The notes under the pieces were generated by a model. The model saw nothing but the letters and a program-made list of their open reading frames with translations, was not told where the DNA came from and made no database searches. The position numbers and the translations under genes are program-made. A DNA stretch of 64,000 bases. Origin: Acidobacteriota bacterium. GTDB lineage: Bacteria; Acidobacteriota; Vicinamibacteria; Vicinamibacterales; CAVVIG01. This document shows, one piece after another, positions 27,779 to 36,287 of the stretch; positions within the stretch are counted from its first letter, which is position 1, and each line of letters begins with the position of its first letter. The stretch spans positions 147,645-211,644 of the forward strand of contig QHWB01000034.1 in NCBI GenBank assembly GCA_003222395.1, read 5' to 3'.

Positions 27779-30547
27779 TTAGAACTGATACCGCAGCCCG
27801 ATCGTGAACGTCCGCGGCCGGACGACGGTGTTGGTCTGCGCGAAGGCGGCGTCGCCCTGCTGCGTGCTGTTGTTCAGTACGGTCAGCACCGTGCCCGTGT
27901 CGAAGATGTTGAACATGTCCAGCGACAGCCGGACGTCGTGCCGGTTCGGCAGCCGGAAATCCTTGTCGATGCGAATCTGGAGATCGTTCACGGCCGGCAT
28001 CGCGTAGACGCCGCGCGGCTCGGCCAGAATGACGACGTTGCCCTGATTGAGGCGCGCCGTGATGAGGCGACCGAACGGACGGCCCGATTCGTACGAATAA
28101 CGCGCGCCGATGAGGAGGTCGAGCGGCGCCCGATACGTGGTCGACAGCTTGACCGAGTTCGTCGAGTTGGTCGGCGTCGGTCCGTACGCGTTGATCAAAT
28201 CATTCGGCGTGCGACCGAAGCCGGCGGTGGAGCTGAGGCTGGCGAAGTCCTGCTGCGTGCTGCCGGTCACCGTTCCGGTCGCATACGCCTGGGAGCTCTG
28301 CCACGTGTAGGACGCCTGACTCTGCCACGCGTTCGAGAAGCGCTTGTTCACCTGGACGAAGAACGCCTTGAAGTCCTGGCTGAAGTCGCCGCGGTTCACC
28401 ACCTCGAACAGGCTCGCCGACGACGGCGAGATGCGGTTGTAGACGGTCAACGGCGTCGTGACGCCGCGGAAGACGTCGTTGAAGACGACCGGCGCATAGG
28501 TTCCGCCGGCATCGGTCAGCCGGATGAAGTCGCCTTCCTTCTTGATCACGAACGACGCGTCGAGACCCGTGTCGGCCATGATCTGACGCTCGATGCCGAC
28601 GAAGAACTGATCGGTGTACTGGTTGCGCAGACTTGGATCGATCGCGAAGTTCGTCTGGTTGTTCACGATCGACACCGGGATGTCGTACTTGCCCGTGATC
28701 GGGTTGTAGCGTTCCGTATCCGACGGGGTGTTGCCGAGCGCCCTGCTGCTGAACATGCTGGTCGCCAGCTTGCCGTAGAGCCGCGCGTAATTCGTCTTGA
28801 ACACCGTCTGGCCCGATCGATCGAGGCGCACGGTCATGCCCAGACGAGGCGACACGTTGTTGAACTTGATCAGATCCGGAATGCCCGGATACGTCACGTC
28901 CGAAGACGCCGATGGGAACGTCTTGTCGATGCCGACGAGCGTCGTCAGCGAGCTCATCGACTGGATGTCGCCGGCCGTGTGGTCGTATCTCACACCGAGG
29001 TTCAGCGTGAGGCGTCCGTTCACCGTCCAGTTGTCCTGCAGATACGCGCCGATCTGACGGATGCGGCCGCCGGTCACCGCGGGATCCTTGAACGTCGCCT
29101 GATCCTTCGCGCCGCGCAGATCGCTGTACGACACGTTCTGGAACGTCAGCGTGTTGGTCTGCTGCGTCGCGTAGACGTCCTGGATTCCGCCCTTGAAATC
29201 GTGCGAGCCCTTTATGACATCGCTGGCGCTCCGCGCGAGCGAGGCATCGATCGTCGTGCGGTTGTGCGCCTGACGGCTGGCGTTCATGGCGTTCACCAGC
29301 GAGAAGCCAGTGCCCGAATCGCTTCGCCCGGGCGTGGTGAAGTCGTCGGTGAACGGCGTGAAGTTGTCGCGGATGTAGATGCCGCCACCTTTGAGCTCGA
29401 AGAGCGTGGCCGATCCGAACGTGTGCGTGTAATGCCCGGCGAGCACGGGATTGTGCCCGTGCTCGATCGTCTGCGTCTCGATGGGCTGGGTCCGGCTCGC
29501 CGTGGCCGCACAGCAGAAGATGTTGTCGTCCCAGGTGAAGTCGCCGGCGTCGTGCTGGCCGATTCTGAACGTGGTTTTCGCAAACGGCTTCGTGCTGTGT
29601 CCGCCGCGGGCGAACGCCGGATCGACGCCGACCCCGGACGATTGCGACTTGCCCCATGGCGCCGCCGCGTAGAACCAGATGCGATCCTTCACGATCGGAC
29701 CACCGAGCTCGCCGGTCGCCTGATAGCTGTAGTCGACGTGGTAGGGAAACTGTTCGCTCGGCGTGTTGTTGCCGACCCACTTCGGAGGAATCCAGTACAG
29801 GCTTTCGATGCCGTGAAACTGATTGCCGCCCGACTTGAGCACGATGTTCACGACGCCGCCCTGGAAGTTCGCGTACTCGGCCGAGACGCCGACCGCCTTG
29901 ACCTCGACTTCCTGCATCATGTCGGGGCTCGGGAAATCCCAGACGCCGCCGTTGGACACGGCGGAAATTTCCACGCCCTCGTACTGGAACGAGTTCTGAT
30001 CGCTGCTCGATCCGAAGATGACGAACCGCGAATCGTTCGGCACCTGGTTGATCTTGACCGACGGCGCGTACGTGACGACGTCGAAGTACGATTGGCGCGC
30101 AGTCGGCACGCTCTGCAGCCAGTCCTTGTTGAAGTTGCTCGTCACGCCGGCGTGAAGCGCGTCGACGACCGGCGATTCGCCGGTGACGGTGATTGACTGC
30201 TCGACGTTGCCGACCTTCAGCTCCACGTCGACCTGAATCGTCCGCCCGACTTCCACGCGGAGTCCCTGACGGCGCACGCTGGTGAACCCCTGAAGCGAGT
30301 ACACCACCGTGTATTCGCCGGGCGGCAGGTTCTCGAATCCGTACAGTCCCTGCGCGTCGGTCACTTCGACGGCAGCGGCGCCGATGCGCGCCGGGCTCGA
30401 AGCTTCGACGGTGACTCCTGCGAGCACGCCGCCGGTGTCGTCCTTGGCAAATCCCCGGATGCCGCCGGTGGCGGTCTGGGCAGAGACGATGTCGGCGCCG
30501 AAGGCGATGAGGACTGTGAGGCAGAGCGTACGTGTGAGTGCGGCCAT
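27779..30547 (-). CDS. TonB-dependent-receptor-like outer-membrane protein with an N-terminal carboxypeptidase-regulatory-like domain
   Basis: Signal 'MAALTRTLCLTVLIAFGADIVSAQ'; Ig-like domain 'GVTVEASSP…DAQGLYGFENLPPGEYTVVYSLQGF'; long beta-barrel; C-terminal 'IGLRYQF'. Ends 12 nt upstream of the PQQ dehydrogenase start, so the two are probably co-transcribed. Confidence 0.8.
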   Translation of the reverse strand: MAALTRTLCLTVLIAFGADIVSAQTATGGIRGFAKDDTGGVLAGVTVEASSPARIGAAAVEVTDAQGLYGFENLPPGEYTVVYSLQGFTSVRRQGLRVEVGRTIQVDVELKVGNVEQSITVTGESPVVDALHAGVTSNFNKDWLQSVPTARQSYFDVVTYAPSVKINQVPNDSRFVIFGSSSDQNSFQYEGVEISAVSNGGVWDFPSPDMMQEVEVKAVGVSAEYANFQGGVVNIVLKSGGNQFHGIESLYWIPPKWVGNNTPSEQFPYHVDYSYQATGELGGPIVKDRIWFYAAAPWGKSQSSGVGVDPAFARGGHSTKPFAKTTFRIGQHDAGDFTWDDNIFCCAATASRTQPIETQTIEHGHNPVLAGHYTHTFGSATLFELKGGGIYIRDNFTPFTDDFTTPGRSDSGTGFSLVNAMNASRQAHNRTTIDASLARSASDVIKGSHDFKGGIQDVYATQQTNTLTFQNVSYSDLRGAKDQATFKDPAVTGGRIRQIGAYLQDNWTVNGRLTLNLGVRYDHTAGDIQSMSSLTTLVGIDKTFPSASSDVTYPGIPDLIKFNNVSPRLGMTVRLDRSGQTVFKTNYARLYGKLATSMFSSRALGNTPSDTERYNPITGKYDIPVSIVNNQTNFAIDPSLRNQYTDQFFVGIERQIMADTGLDASFVIKKEGDFIRLTDAGGTYAPVVFNDVFRGVTTPLTVYNRISPSSASLFEVVNRGDFSQDFKAFFVQVNKRFSNAWQSQASYTWQSSQAYATGTVTGSTQQDFASLSSTAGFGRTPNDLINAYGPTPTNSTNSVKLSTTYRAPLDLLIGARYSYESGRPFGRLITARLNQGNVVILAEPRGVYAMPAVNDLQIRIDKDFRLPNRHDVRLSLDMFNIFDTGTVLTVLNNSTQQGDAAFAQTNTVVRPRTFTIGLRYQF

Positions 30548-30571
30548 CGGAACTCCTCTCCGTCGACCGCG

Positions 30572-30601
30572 CATGTAACAGGAGAAATGCAAGGCTGTCA
30601 A
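30572..30601 (-). promoter_or_regulatory. Promoter-like motif P3 (minus strand) related to P1/P2
   Basis: The minus strand reads TTGACAGCCTTGCATTTCTCCTGTTACATG. The first 9 nt are identical to P2 and most of the spacer is similar. An SD 'GGAGAGGAG' precedes ATG 30547. Confidence 0.35.
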
Positions 30602-30639
30602 CGGCAATCGGCGCGCGCCTGCGCTCGTGTTTCACGTGT

Positions 30640-30668
30640 TTGACAACCATACATGTTTAATGTAGAAG
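30640..30668 (+). promoter_or_regulatory. Promoter-like motif P1 related to P2
   Basis: TTGACA (30640-30645), 17-nt spacer 'accatacatgtttaatg', then TAGAAG (30663-30668). The spacer holds the inverted repeat TACAT-N5-ATGTA. An SD GGAGG precedes ATG 30694. Confidence 0.45.
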
Positions 30669-30693
30669 CCACGCACATCTGGAGGTTGCAGTC

Positions 30694-33537
30694 ATGACCT
30701 TCGTCCGGCGCCTGGCGGCGCTCCTCTGCCTTCTTTTGTTCGTCATCGCGGCGTCCGTCGCGCGTGCGCAGACGGTCAGCACGACCGCCGGCGCGATCAA
30801 CGGCACGGTTACCGATACGACGCACGCCGTCCTTCCCGGCGTCACCATCGCGTTGTCGGGCCCGGCGGTCATGGGAGCGCCGACGACGGTGACCGATCAG
30901 AACGGATTCTTTCGTCTGCCGGGCCTCGCGCCCGGCGATTACCAGCTGACGTTCGAGTTGTCCGGCTTCGGCCCCGTCACGCGCGCAGGCATTCACGTCA
31001 GCCTTGGATTCACCGCGACGGTCAACGTCGAGATGAGTCCGGGTTCGGTTGCCGAAACGATCACGGTCAGCGGCGCGTCACCCGTCGTCGATCTGCAGGC
31101 GACCAACGTGACGACGCATTTCGATACCGAGCGGCTGGCGAGCCTTCCGGGGTCGCGCGATTTCTGGGCCGTGGTGGCGCAGACGCCGGCCGTGTCGATG
31201 TCGCGCGTCGACGTCGGCGGCAGCGGCGCGCTCACACAGCAGCCCTACACCGCGTACGGATTGACGAGCGGCGGCGGCGTCAACCGCGGCGTCGTCGAAG
31301 GCATCATGGTGAACGAAGGCGCGGGCGGCGGCGGCAGCGATTTGTATTACACCGACTATGGATCGTTCGCGGAGATTGCGGTCAATGCCGTCGGCAACAC
31401 CGCGGAGATGCCGAATCCCGGCGTGCTCAGCCAGTTCATCACGAAGTCGGGCGGCAACACCTACCACGGCACGCTCTACGCCGACTACGAGAACGATGCG
31501 ATGGAGTCGCACAACATCGACGCGTCGCAGATTGCCGCCGGCGTGACCGGCAGCAACGTCTTATCGGCGTCCGATACGAATCGGCTCAGCACGTTCAAGG
31601 ACTTCAACGCCGACCTCGGAGGGTTCGTTGCGCGCGACAGGATGTGGTGGTACGGCGCCTATCGGCGGACGACGACCGGACAGCGTTATCCGACGCTGGT
31701 CGACGACGTGCAGGACACGTGGGTGCCGGTCGGCACCGGCAAGGTCACGTACAACTTCTCGGCGTCGCAGAAGTTCATCGGGTACTTCCAGCACGCCGAC
31801 AAGTCTCAGCCCGATTACCTGGGAGCGATTCAAATCCTCGGCGGCCGCACGACGCCCGCCATCATGCACGCCGATGCCGTCTGGAACTCTCATTTTCCGA
31901 CCAACGTGTGGAAGGTCGAATACAACTCGGTGCTGACCAACGCGCTGCTGCTCGAAGTGCGGGCAGGCACGTATCACTCGGTGTGGTGGCGAACGAGCAA
32001 GAGCCCGGCGCCGCGTGTGGAGGACACCGGCAACAACTTCGTCTCCGGCGGCGTGTACGGCATCAACTTCATCCGCAACCGTCCACAACTGAACGGTTCG
32101 CTCAGCTACTCGAAGGCGGGATGGGGCGGCAATCACAACTTCAAGGTCGGCGGCGAGATCATGCGCGACAGCGTCGTGAATCCCTTCTACGGATTCACGA
32201 GCGCGACCAACGCGCTCTCGCTGTTCGTGAACGGATCGCCGAGCCAGGTGTACGTGTATCAGTCGCCGTCATTCTCTCAGAGCGGCGTGTTGACCGACGC
32301 GCTGTACGTCAACGACACGTGGCAGCTGAAGAAGCGGTTGACGCTCAACCTCGGCGTCCGCTGGGATCGCCAGCAGGCGTTCCTGCCGGCGCAGGAAGGC
32401 CCCGGCGGTCTGACGTTCGCCGAAGTCCGCAACGTGATCACCTGGAACAACAACTGGGGACCGCGAATCGGCGTCAGCTACGATCTGACCGGCGACGCGA
32501 AGACGCTCGTGAAGGCGAGCTTCGGACAGTTCTGGCTGTATCCCGGCGCCGACTTCGCGAGCGGCATCAATCCGAATGCAGCGACGTGGTACCGGCAATT
32601 CCGCTGGACGACCGATCTGAATCGCAACGGGGTGTGGGATCCGGGCGAAGAGGGCGCGCTGCTCGGCGTGTCGGGCGGCGCGGCGTCGACCGCGCTCGAC
32701 CGCGATCTGCAGAACACGTTCACGCGGCAGGTGACGACCTATGTCGAGCGTGAAGTCGCCGCGAACTTCGGCGTCCGCTCCGGTTTCGTGTGGAACGGGC
32801 GGCGACAGGTCCGCACGACGATTCGCGCCGATCGCCCGTTCGATGGATACAGCGTGCCGGTCACCATTCGCGATCCCGGTCCCGACGGCCGGCCCGGGAC
32901 GTCCGACGATGGCGCGACGTTGACGGCGTACAACCTGGGGGCGCAGTACGTCGGCCTGGCGGCCGTCAATCTCACGACGAATCTTCCCGACTCGGCCAAC
33001 AGCGACTACTACACGTGGGAGATCACGGCGACGAAACGAGAGACGGGGACGTGGTCGCTCCTTGCGAGCTTTGCCGAGACGTGGAGCCGCGAGACGAATC
33101 TCGGCGGCGGCGCGTCGTTCACGCCCAACGCGCTGATCAGCACCGACGGCGGGCGGCTCGTCTACAAAACGTGGCAGGGCAAGATCAACGCTTCGGTGAG
33201 GCTTCCCTTCGATCTGCGCGTGACGCCGATCTTCCGGCACCAGTCGGGCACGCCGTTCGGCCGCACGTTCGTGGCGACGCTGAACTACGGGAACGCCACC
33301 ATTCTCTCGGAGCCGTTCAGCGCCGAGCGCACGCCGAACATCAACGTGTTCGACGTGCGATCGGAGAAGTCCTTCAGCGTGAACCGCTCGCGCGTCGTCG
33401 GGTTCTTCGACGTCTACAACATCTTCAATACCAATGCCGAGCAGGCGCTCAGCGTCAGCTCCGGCAGCTCGTTCCTGCGGCCGACCGCCATCACGCCGCC
33501 GCGCATCGCGCGCGTTGGTGTCAAGCTTCAATGGTAG
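30694..33537 (+). CDS. TonB-dependent-receptor-like outer-membrane protein with a carboxypeptidase-regulatory-like domain
   Basis: Signal 'MTFVRRLAALLCLLLFVIAASVARAQ'; 'GVTIALSGPAV…DQNGFFRLPGLAPGDYQLTFELSGF'; C-terminal 'VGVKLQW'. Confidence 0.8.
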   Translation: MTFVRRLAALLCLLLFVIAASVARAQTVSTTAGAINGTVTDTTHAVLPGVTIALSGPAVMGAPTTVTDQNGFFRLPGLAPGDYQLTFELSGFGPVTRAGIHVSLGFTATVNVEMSPGSVAETITVSGASPVVDLQATNVTTHFDTERLASLPGSRDFWAVVAQTPAVSMSRVDVGGSGALTQQPYTAYGLTSGGGVNRGVVEGIMVNEGAGGGGSDLYYTDYGSFAEIAVNAVGNTAEMPNPGVLSQFITKSGGNTYHGTLYADYENDAMESHNIDASQIAAGVTGSNVLSASDTNRLSTFKDFNADLGGFVARDRMWWYGAYRRTTTGQRYPTLVDDVQDTWVPVGTGKVTYNFSASQKFIGYFQHADKSQPDYLGAIQILGGRTTPAIMHADAVWNSHFPTNVWKVEYNSVLTNALLLEVRAGTYHSVWWRTSKSPAPRVEDTGNNFVSGGVYGINFIRNRPQLNGSLSYSKAGWGGNHNFKVGGEIMRDSVVNPFYGFTSATNALSLFVNGSPSQVYVYQSPSFSQSGVLTDALYVNDTWQLKKRLTLNLGVRWDRQQAFLPAQEGPGGLTFAEVRNVITWNNNWGPRIGVSYDLTGDAKTLVKASFGQFWLYPGADFASGINPNAATWYRQFRWTTDLNRNGVWDPGEEGALLGVSGGAASTALDRDLQNTFTRQVTTYVEREVAANFGVRSGFVWNGRRQVRTTIRADRPFDGYSVPVTIRDPGPDGRPGTSDDGATLTAYNLGAQYVGLAAVNLTTNLPDSANSDYYTWEITATKRETGTWSLLASFAETWSRETNLGGGASFTPNALISTDGGRLVYKTWQGKINASVRLPFDLRVTPIFRHQSGTPFGRTFVATLNYGNATILSEPFSAERTPNINVFDVRSEKSFSVNRSRVVGFFDVYNIFNTNAEQALSVSSGSSFLRPTAITPPRIARVGVKLQW

Positions 33538-33576
33538 GGAACGACCTTGTCCCGGAGCGCGCTTGCCTTGACGCAC

Positions 33577-33600
33577 GTAGCGCAGGCCCAACGGGCTGCG
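33577..33600 (+). terminator. Hairpin-family member downstream of the TBDR-like gene; candidate terminator
   Basis: 'gtagcGCAGGCCCaacGGGCTGCg' forms a ~9-bp stem with one bulge, 40 nt after the stop. There is no T-tract. Confidence 0.3.
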
Positions 33601-33636
33601 CGGATCGATAGCGCCCTCACGGCGGCGAGACCGCGT

Positions 33637-33933
33637 GCGGGCAACCCTCGCTCTGGCGCACCGTTCGACCGTCCGAACAACATTTACTCGCGTGGGGCCC
33701 CACCCCCACGCGCTGACGCCCTCGCGCCGTAGCGCTCGGGCGTATCCAGAACAGAACGTCACCGAGCCGTAAGCGCTTTGAGACGTCCTCGCGGCGTCAT
33801 GCTCTGCGTGGCGACGTTCTGTTCTTTATACGCGCGCGGGCAACGGCCCGCGCGCGTCAGCGCGGCGGGGGTGGGGCCCCGCCGCGTTAAGAAAATGACG
33901 GCTCAAGGTGCGCCAGAGCGAGGGTTGCCCGCC
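33637..33933. mobile_element. 297-bp MITE-like palindromic composite made of two inverted long copies (C, D) of the ~90-nt repeat
   Basis: Perfect 26-nt terminal inverted repeats: 'gcgggcaaccctcgctctggcgcacc' (33637-33662) and 'ggtgcgccagagcgagggttgcccgc' (33908-33933). The internal arms at 33673-33760 and 33814-33905 are inverted copies of the repeat, separated by a 53-nt spacer. No transposase and no clear target-site duplication. Confidence 0.5.
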
Positions 33934-34247
33934 CGCTCGCGCGACGCCTCCGAGTACGGTCACCTCGGCGACGCCGAGCGTCGTGGAGCGGCGGCGCGTC
34001 GCGCGCCTTCGAGCCGCCGGTCGACCCCCGATCGCTCACAACACGCGCCGTCAGGCACCACACGCGACCGCACGCCTGCGGTCGCGTACGTGGGTACACG
34101 TTGGAAAACATGATGCTGACGGCGCGTGTTGTTCCGACGGCGAGCGGCGCGCCAAGCGCCGCCGCTCCACGACGCGGCTCGGATCGCTGCGCGAGCTAGG
34201 TCAACGCAAGTGCCCTCCGAGATTAGAATGCGCACGGGAGTCGAACG

Positions 34248-36287
34248 ATGAATAGGGAAGACCGCCGGCTCGGCATGGATCGGTCGATCACGCGGCGCGA
34301 TTTCCTCAACGGCGTCGGCCTGACGGTCGTCGGGTCGATCCTCGCGCCGGAGCTCGCCCGCGCGGCGCAGACGGAACTGCACCCCAGCGCGCAAAATCCG
34401 CGCGCTTTGGACCCCGCATTCGCGCCCGAGCGCGCCGCCGATTACTACCCGCCGACGCGCACCGGCATGCGCGGCAGCCATCCGGGATCGTTCGAAGTCG
34501 CGCATCAGCTGCGCGACGCGCGGCAGTGGAACCTTTCTGGCGCGATCGAGACCGATGAATCGTACGACCTGGTGATCGTCGGCGGAGGGCTGAGCGGTTT
34601 GTCGGCCGCGTACTACTTCATCCGCGATGCGGGCCGAAACGCGAAGGTGCTCGTCCTCGACAATCACGACGATTTCGGCGGCCATGCGAAGCGCAACGAG
34701 TTTCATTACAACGGCCGCATGCTCGCGCTGAACGGCGGCACGCTGAACATCGAGTCGTGGAATCGCTACAACGAGCACGCGCGCTCGCTCATCACCGAAA
34801 TCGGCATCGACATCGATCGGTTTCTCGCGTCGAACCAGAAGAACCGCACGCTGTATGCGTCGCTGGGGTTGACCGGACAGGCGCTGTTCTTCGACAAGGA
34901 GACGTGGGGCGCCGACAAGCTCGTCGTTCGACACAGCGCAGGAGGAGGCGGACGAGGCGGCGGCTACAAGGGCGACGATGTGTCGCAGATGCCGCTGTCG
35001 CCCCAGGCGCAGAAGGACCTGCTGCGCCTCTATGGCGGCGCACATGCCGACTACATGCCGGGGCTGACGTCGGCGGAAAAGAAAGTCCGGCTCGCGAAGA
35101 TGAGTTATCAGGACTTTCTCCTGAATCTGGTCAAAGTCGACAAGCAGGTCGTCTGGTTCTTCCACAATCAAGGCGCCGGCAATTTCTGCGTCGGCGTTGA
35201 TTGCTATCCGGCGCTGTTCGGGTGGCAGGACGGACTGCCGGGATTCTCGGGGATGGATCTCGAGGCGAGCCCGAAAGGACTTCTCGCCGATCTGCCCGGC
35301 GGCCATCACGGACGGCAGATCGGACCGGGCGGCGGACCGACGGTGCATTTTCCGGACGGCAACGCGACAATCGCGCGGCTCCTCGCCCGATGGCTGATTC
35401 CGGGCGCGGTGCCGGGCACCTCGATGGAAGACGTCGGCGCCGCGCGCGTCGACTACGCCGCGCTCGATCGATCGGGGCAGACGGTCCGCGTTCGGTTGAA
35501 CAGCACGGTGGTGCACGTCGCGCACGACGGCGACGCGGCCCGCGCGAAGGAAGTCGTCACCAGCTACGTGCGCGGCGGCAGGACATATCAGGTGCGGTCG
35601 CGCGCCGTGGTGATGGCGTGCTGGAACTCGTTCATTCCCTACCTCGTGCCCGATCTGCCGGCGGCGCAGAAAGACGCGCTCGCCTTCGGCATCAAGGGGC
35701 CGCTCGTCTACACCAGCGTCGCGGTGAAGAACTGGACGGCGTTCCAGAAGCTCGGCGTCGCCTCGATCAACGCGCCGACGATGTACCACACGGGCGTGTC
35801 GCTTTCGGAGGCAGTCAGCCTCGGCGATCTGCATCACCCGCAGACCCCGGAAGAACCCGTCGTCCTGCACATGACGCGCTACCCGATGTCGCCCGGTAAA
35901 CCGCGGAAAGAGCAGCACCGAATGGGACGCGCCGACCTGCTGAGCACGACCTTCGAGACCTTCGAGCGCAAGATTCGCGATCAGCTGGCGCGAAATCTCG
36001 GCGGCGGAGGGTTCGACCCCGCGCGCGACATCATCGCGATTGCCGTCAACCGCTGGCCGCATGGTTACGCGTACACGTACAACCCGCTGTACGACCCGCT
36101 CGAGTGGGTCTACACCTCATCGAACGATCGGCCGTGCGTCAAGGCGCGGCAGCCTTTCGGCCTCATCACGATCGCGAACTCGGATGCCGCGGCGAGCCCG
36201 CATACCGACGCGGCGATGCTCGAGGCGCACCGCGCGGTTCAGGAAGTGCTGCAGCGTCGGGCGATGCCGCTGCTCACATCACCGTGA
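34248..36287 (+). CDS. Tat-exported FAD/NAD(P)-binding amine oxidoreductase, paralogue of 23676..25643
   Basis: 'SITRRDFLNGV' twin-arginine motif; 'YDLVIVGGGLSGLSAAYYF'; 'LDNHDDFGGHAKRNEF'. Collinear with the first copy along its length. Confidence 0.65.
   Translation: MNREDRRLGMDRSITRRDFLNGVGLTVVGSILAPELARAAQTELHPSAQNPRALDPAFAPERAADYYPPTRTGMRGSHPGSFEVAHQLRDARQWNLSGAIETDESYDLVIVGGGLSGLSAAYYFIRDAGRNAKVLVLDNHDDFGGHAKRNEFHYNGRMLALNGGTLNIESWNRYNEHARSLITEIGIDIDRFLASNQKNRTLYASLGLTGQALFFDKETWGADKLVVRHSAGGGGRGGGYKGDDVSQMPLSPQAQKDLLRLYGGAHADYMPGLTSAEKKVRLAKMSYQDFLLNLVKVDKQVVWFFHNQGAGNFCVGVDCYPALFGWQDGLPGFSGMDLEASPKGLLADLPGGHHGRQIGPGGGPTVHFPDGNATIARLLARWLIPGAVPGTSMEDVGAARVDYAALDRSGQTVRVRLNSTVVHVAHDGDAARAKEVVTSYVRGGRTYQVRSRAVVMACWNSFIPYLVPDLPAAQKDALAFGIKGPLVYTSVAVKNWTAFQKLGVASINAPTMYHTGVSLSEAVSLGDLHHPQTPEEPVVLHMTRYPMSPGKPRKEQHRMGRADLLSTTFETFERKIRDQLARNLGGGGFDPARDIIAIAVNRWPHGYAYTYNPLYDPLEWVYTSSNDRPCVKARQPFGLITIANSDAAASPHTDAAMLEAHRAVQEVLQRRAMPLLTSP

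Noticed and set aside
33547-34255. Several 60-115-aa ORFs (33547-33732, 33778-34113, 33887-34111, 33908-34255), plus 11412-12278, 32269-33762 and 148-717 / 482-676, containing peptides such as 'SAWGWGPTR'
   Set aside because: They are translations of the dispersed hairpin repeat and the MITE-like element in various frames. The recurrence of the peptide reflects DNA repeat conservation, not a protein family.
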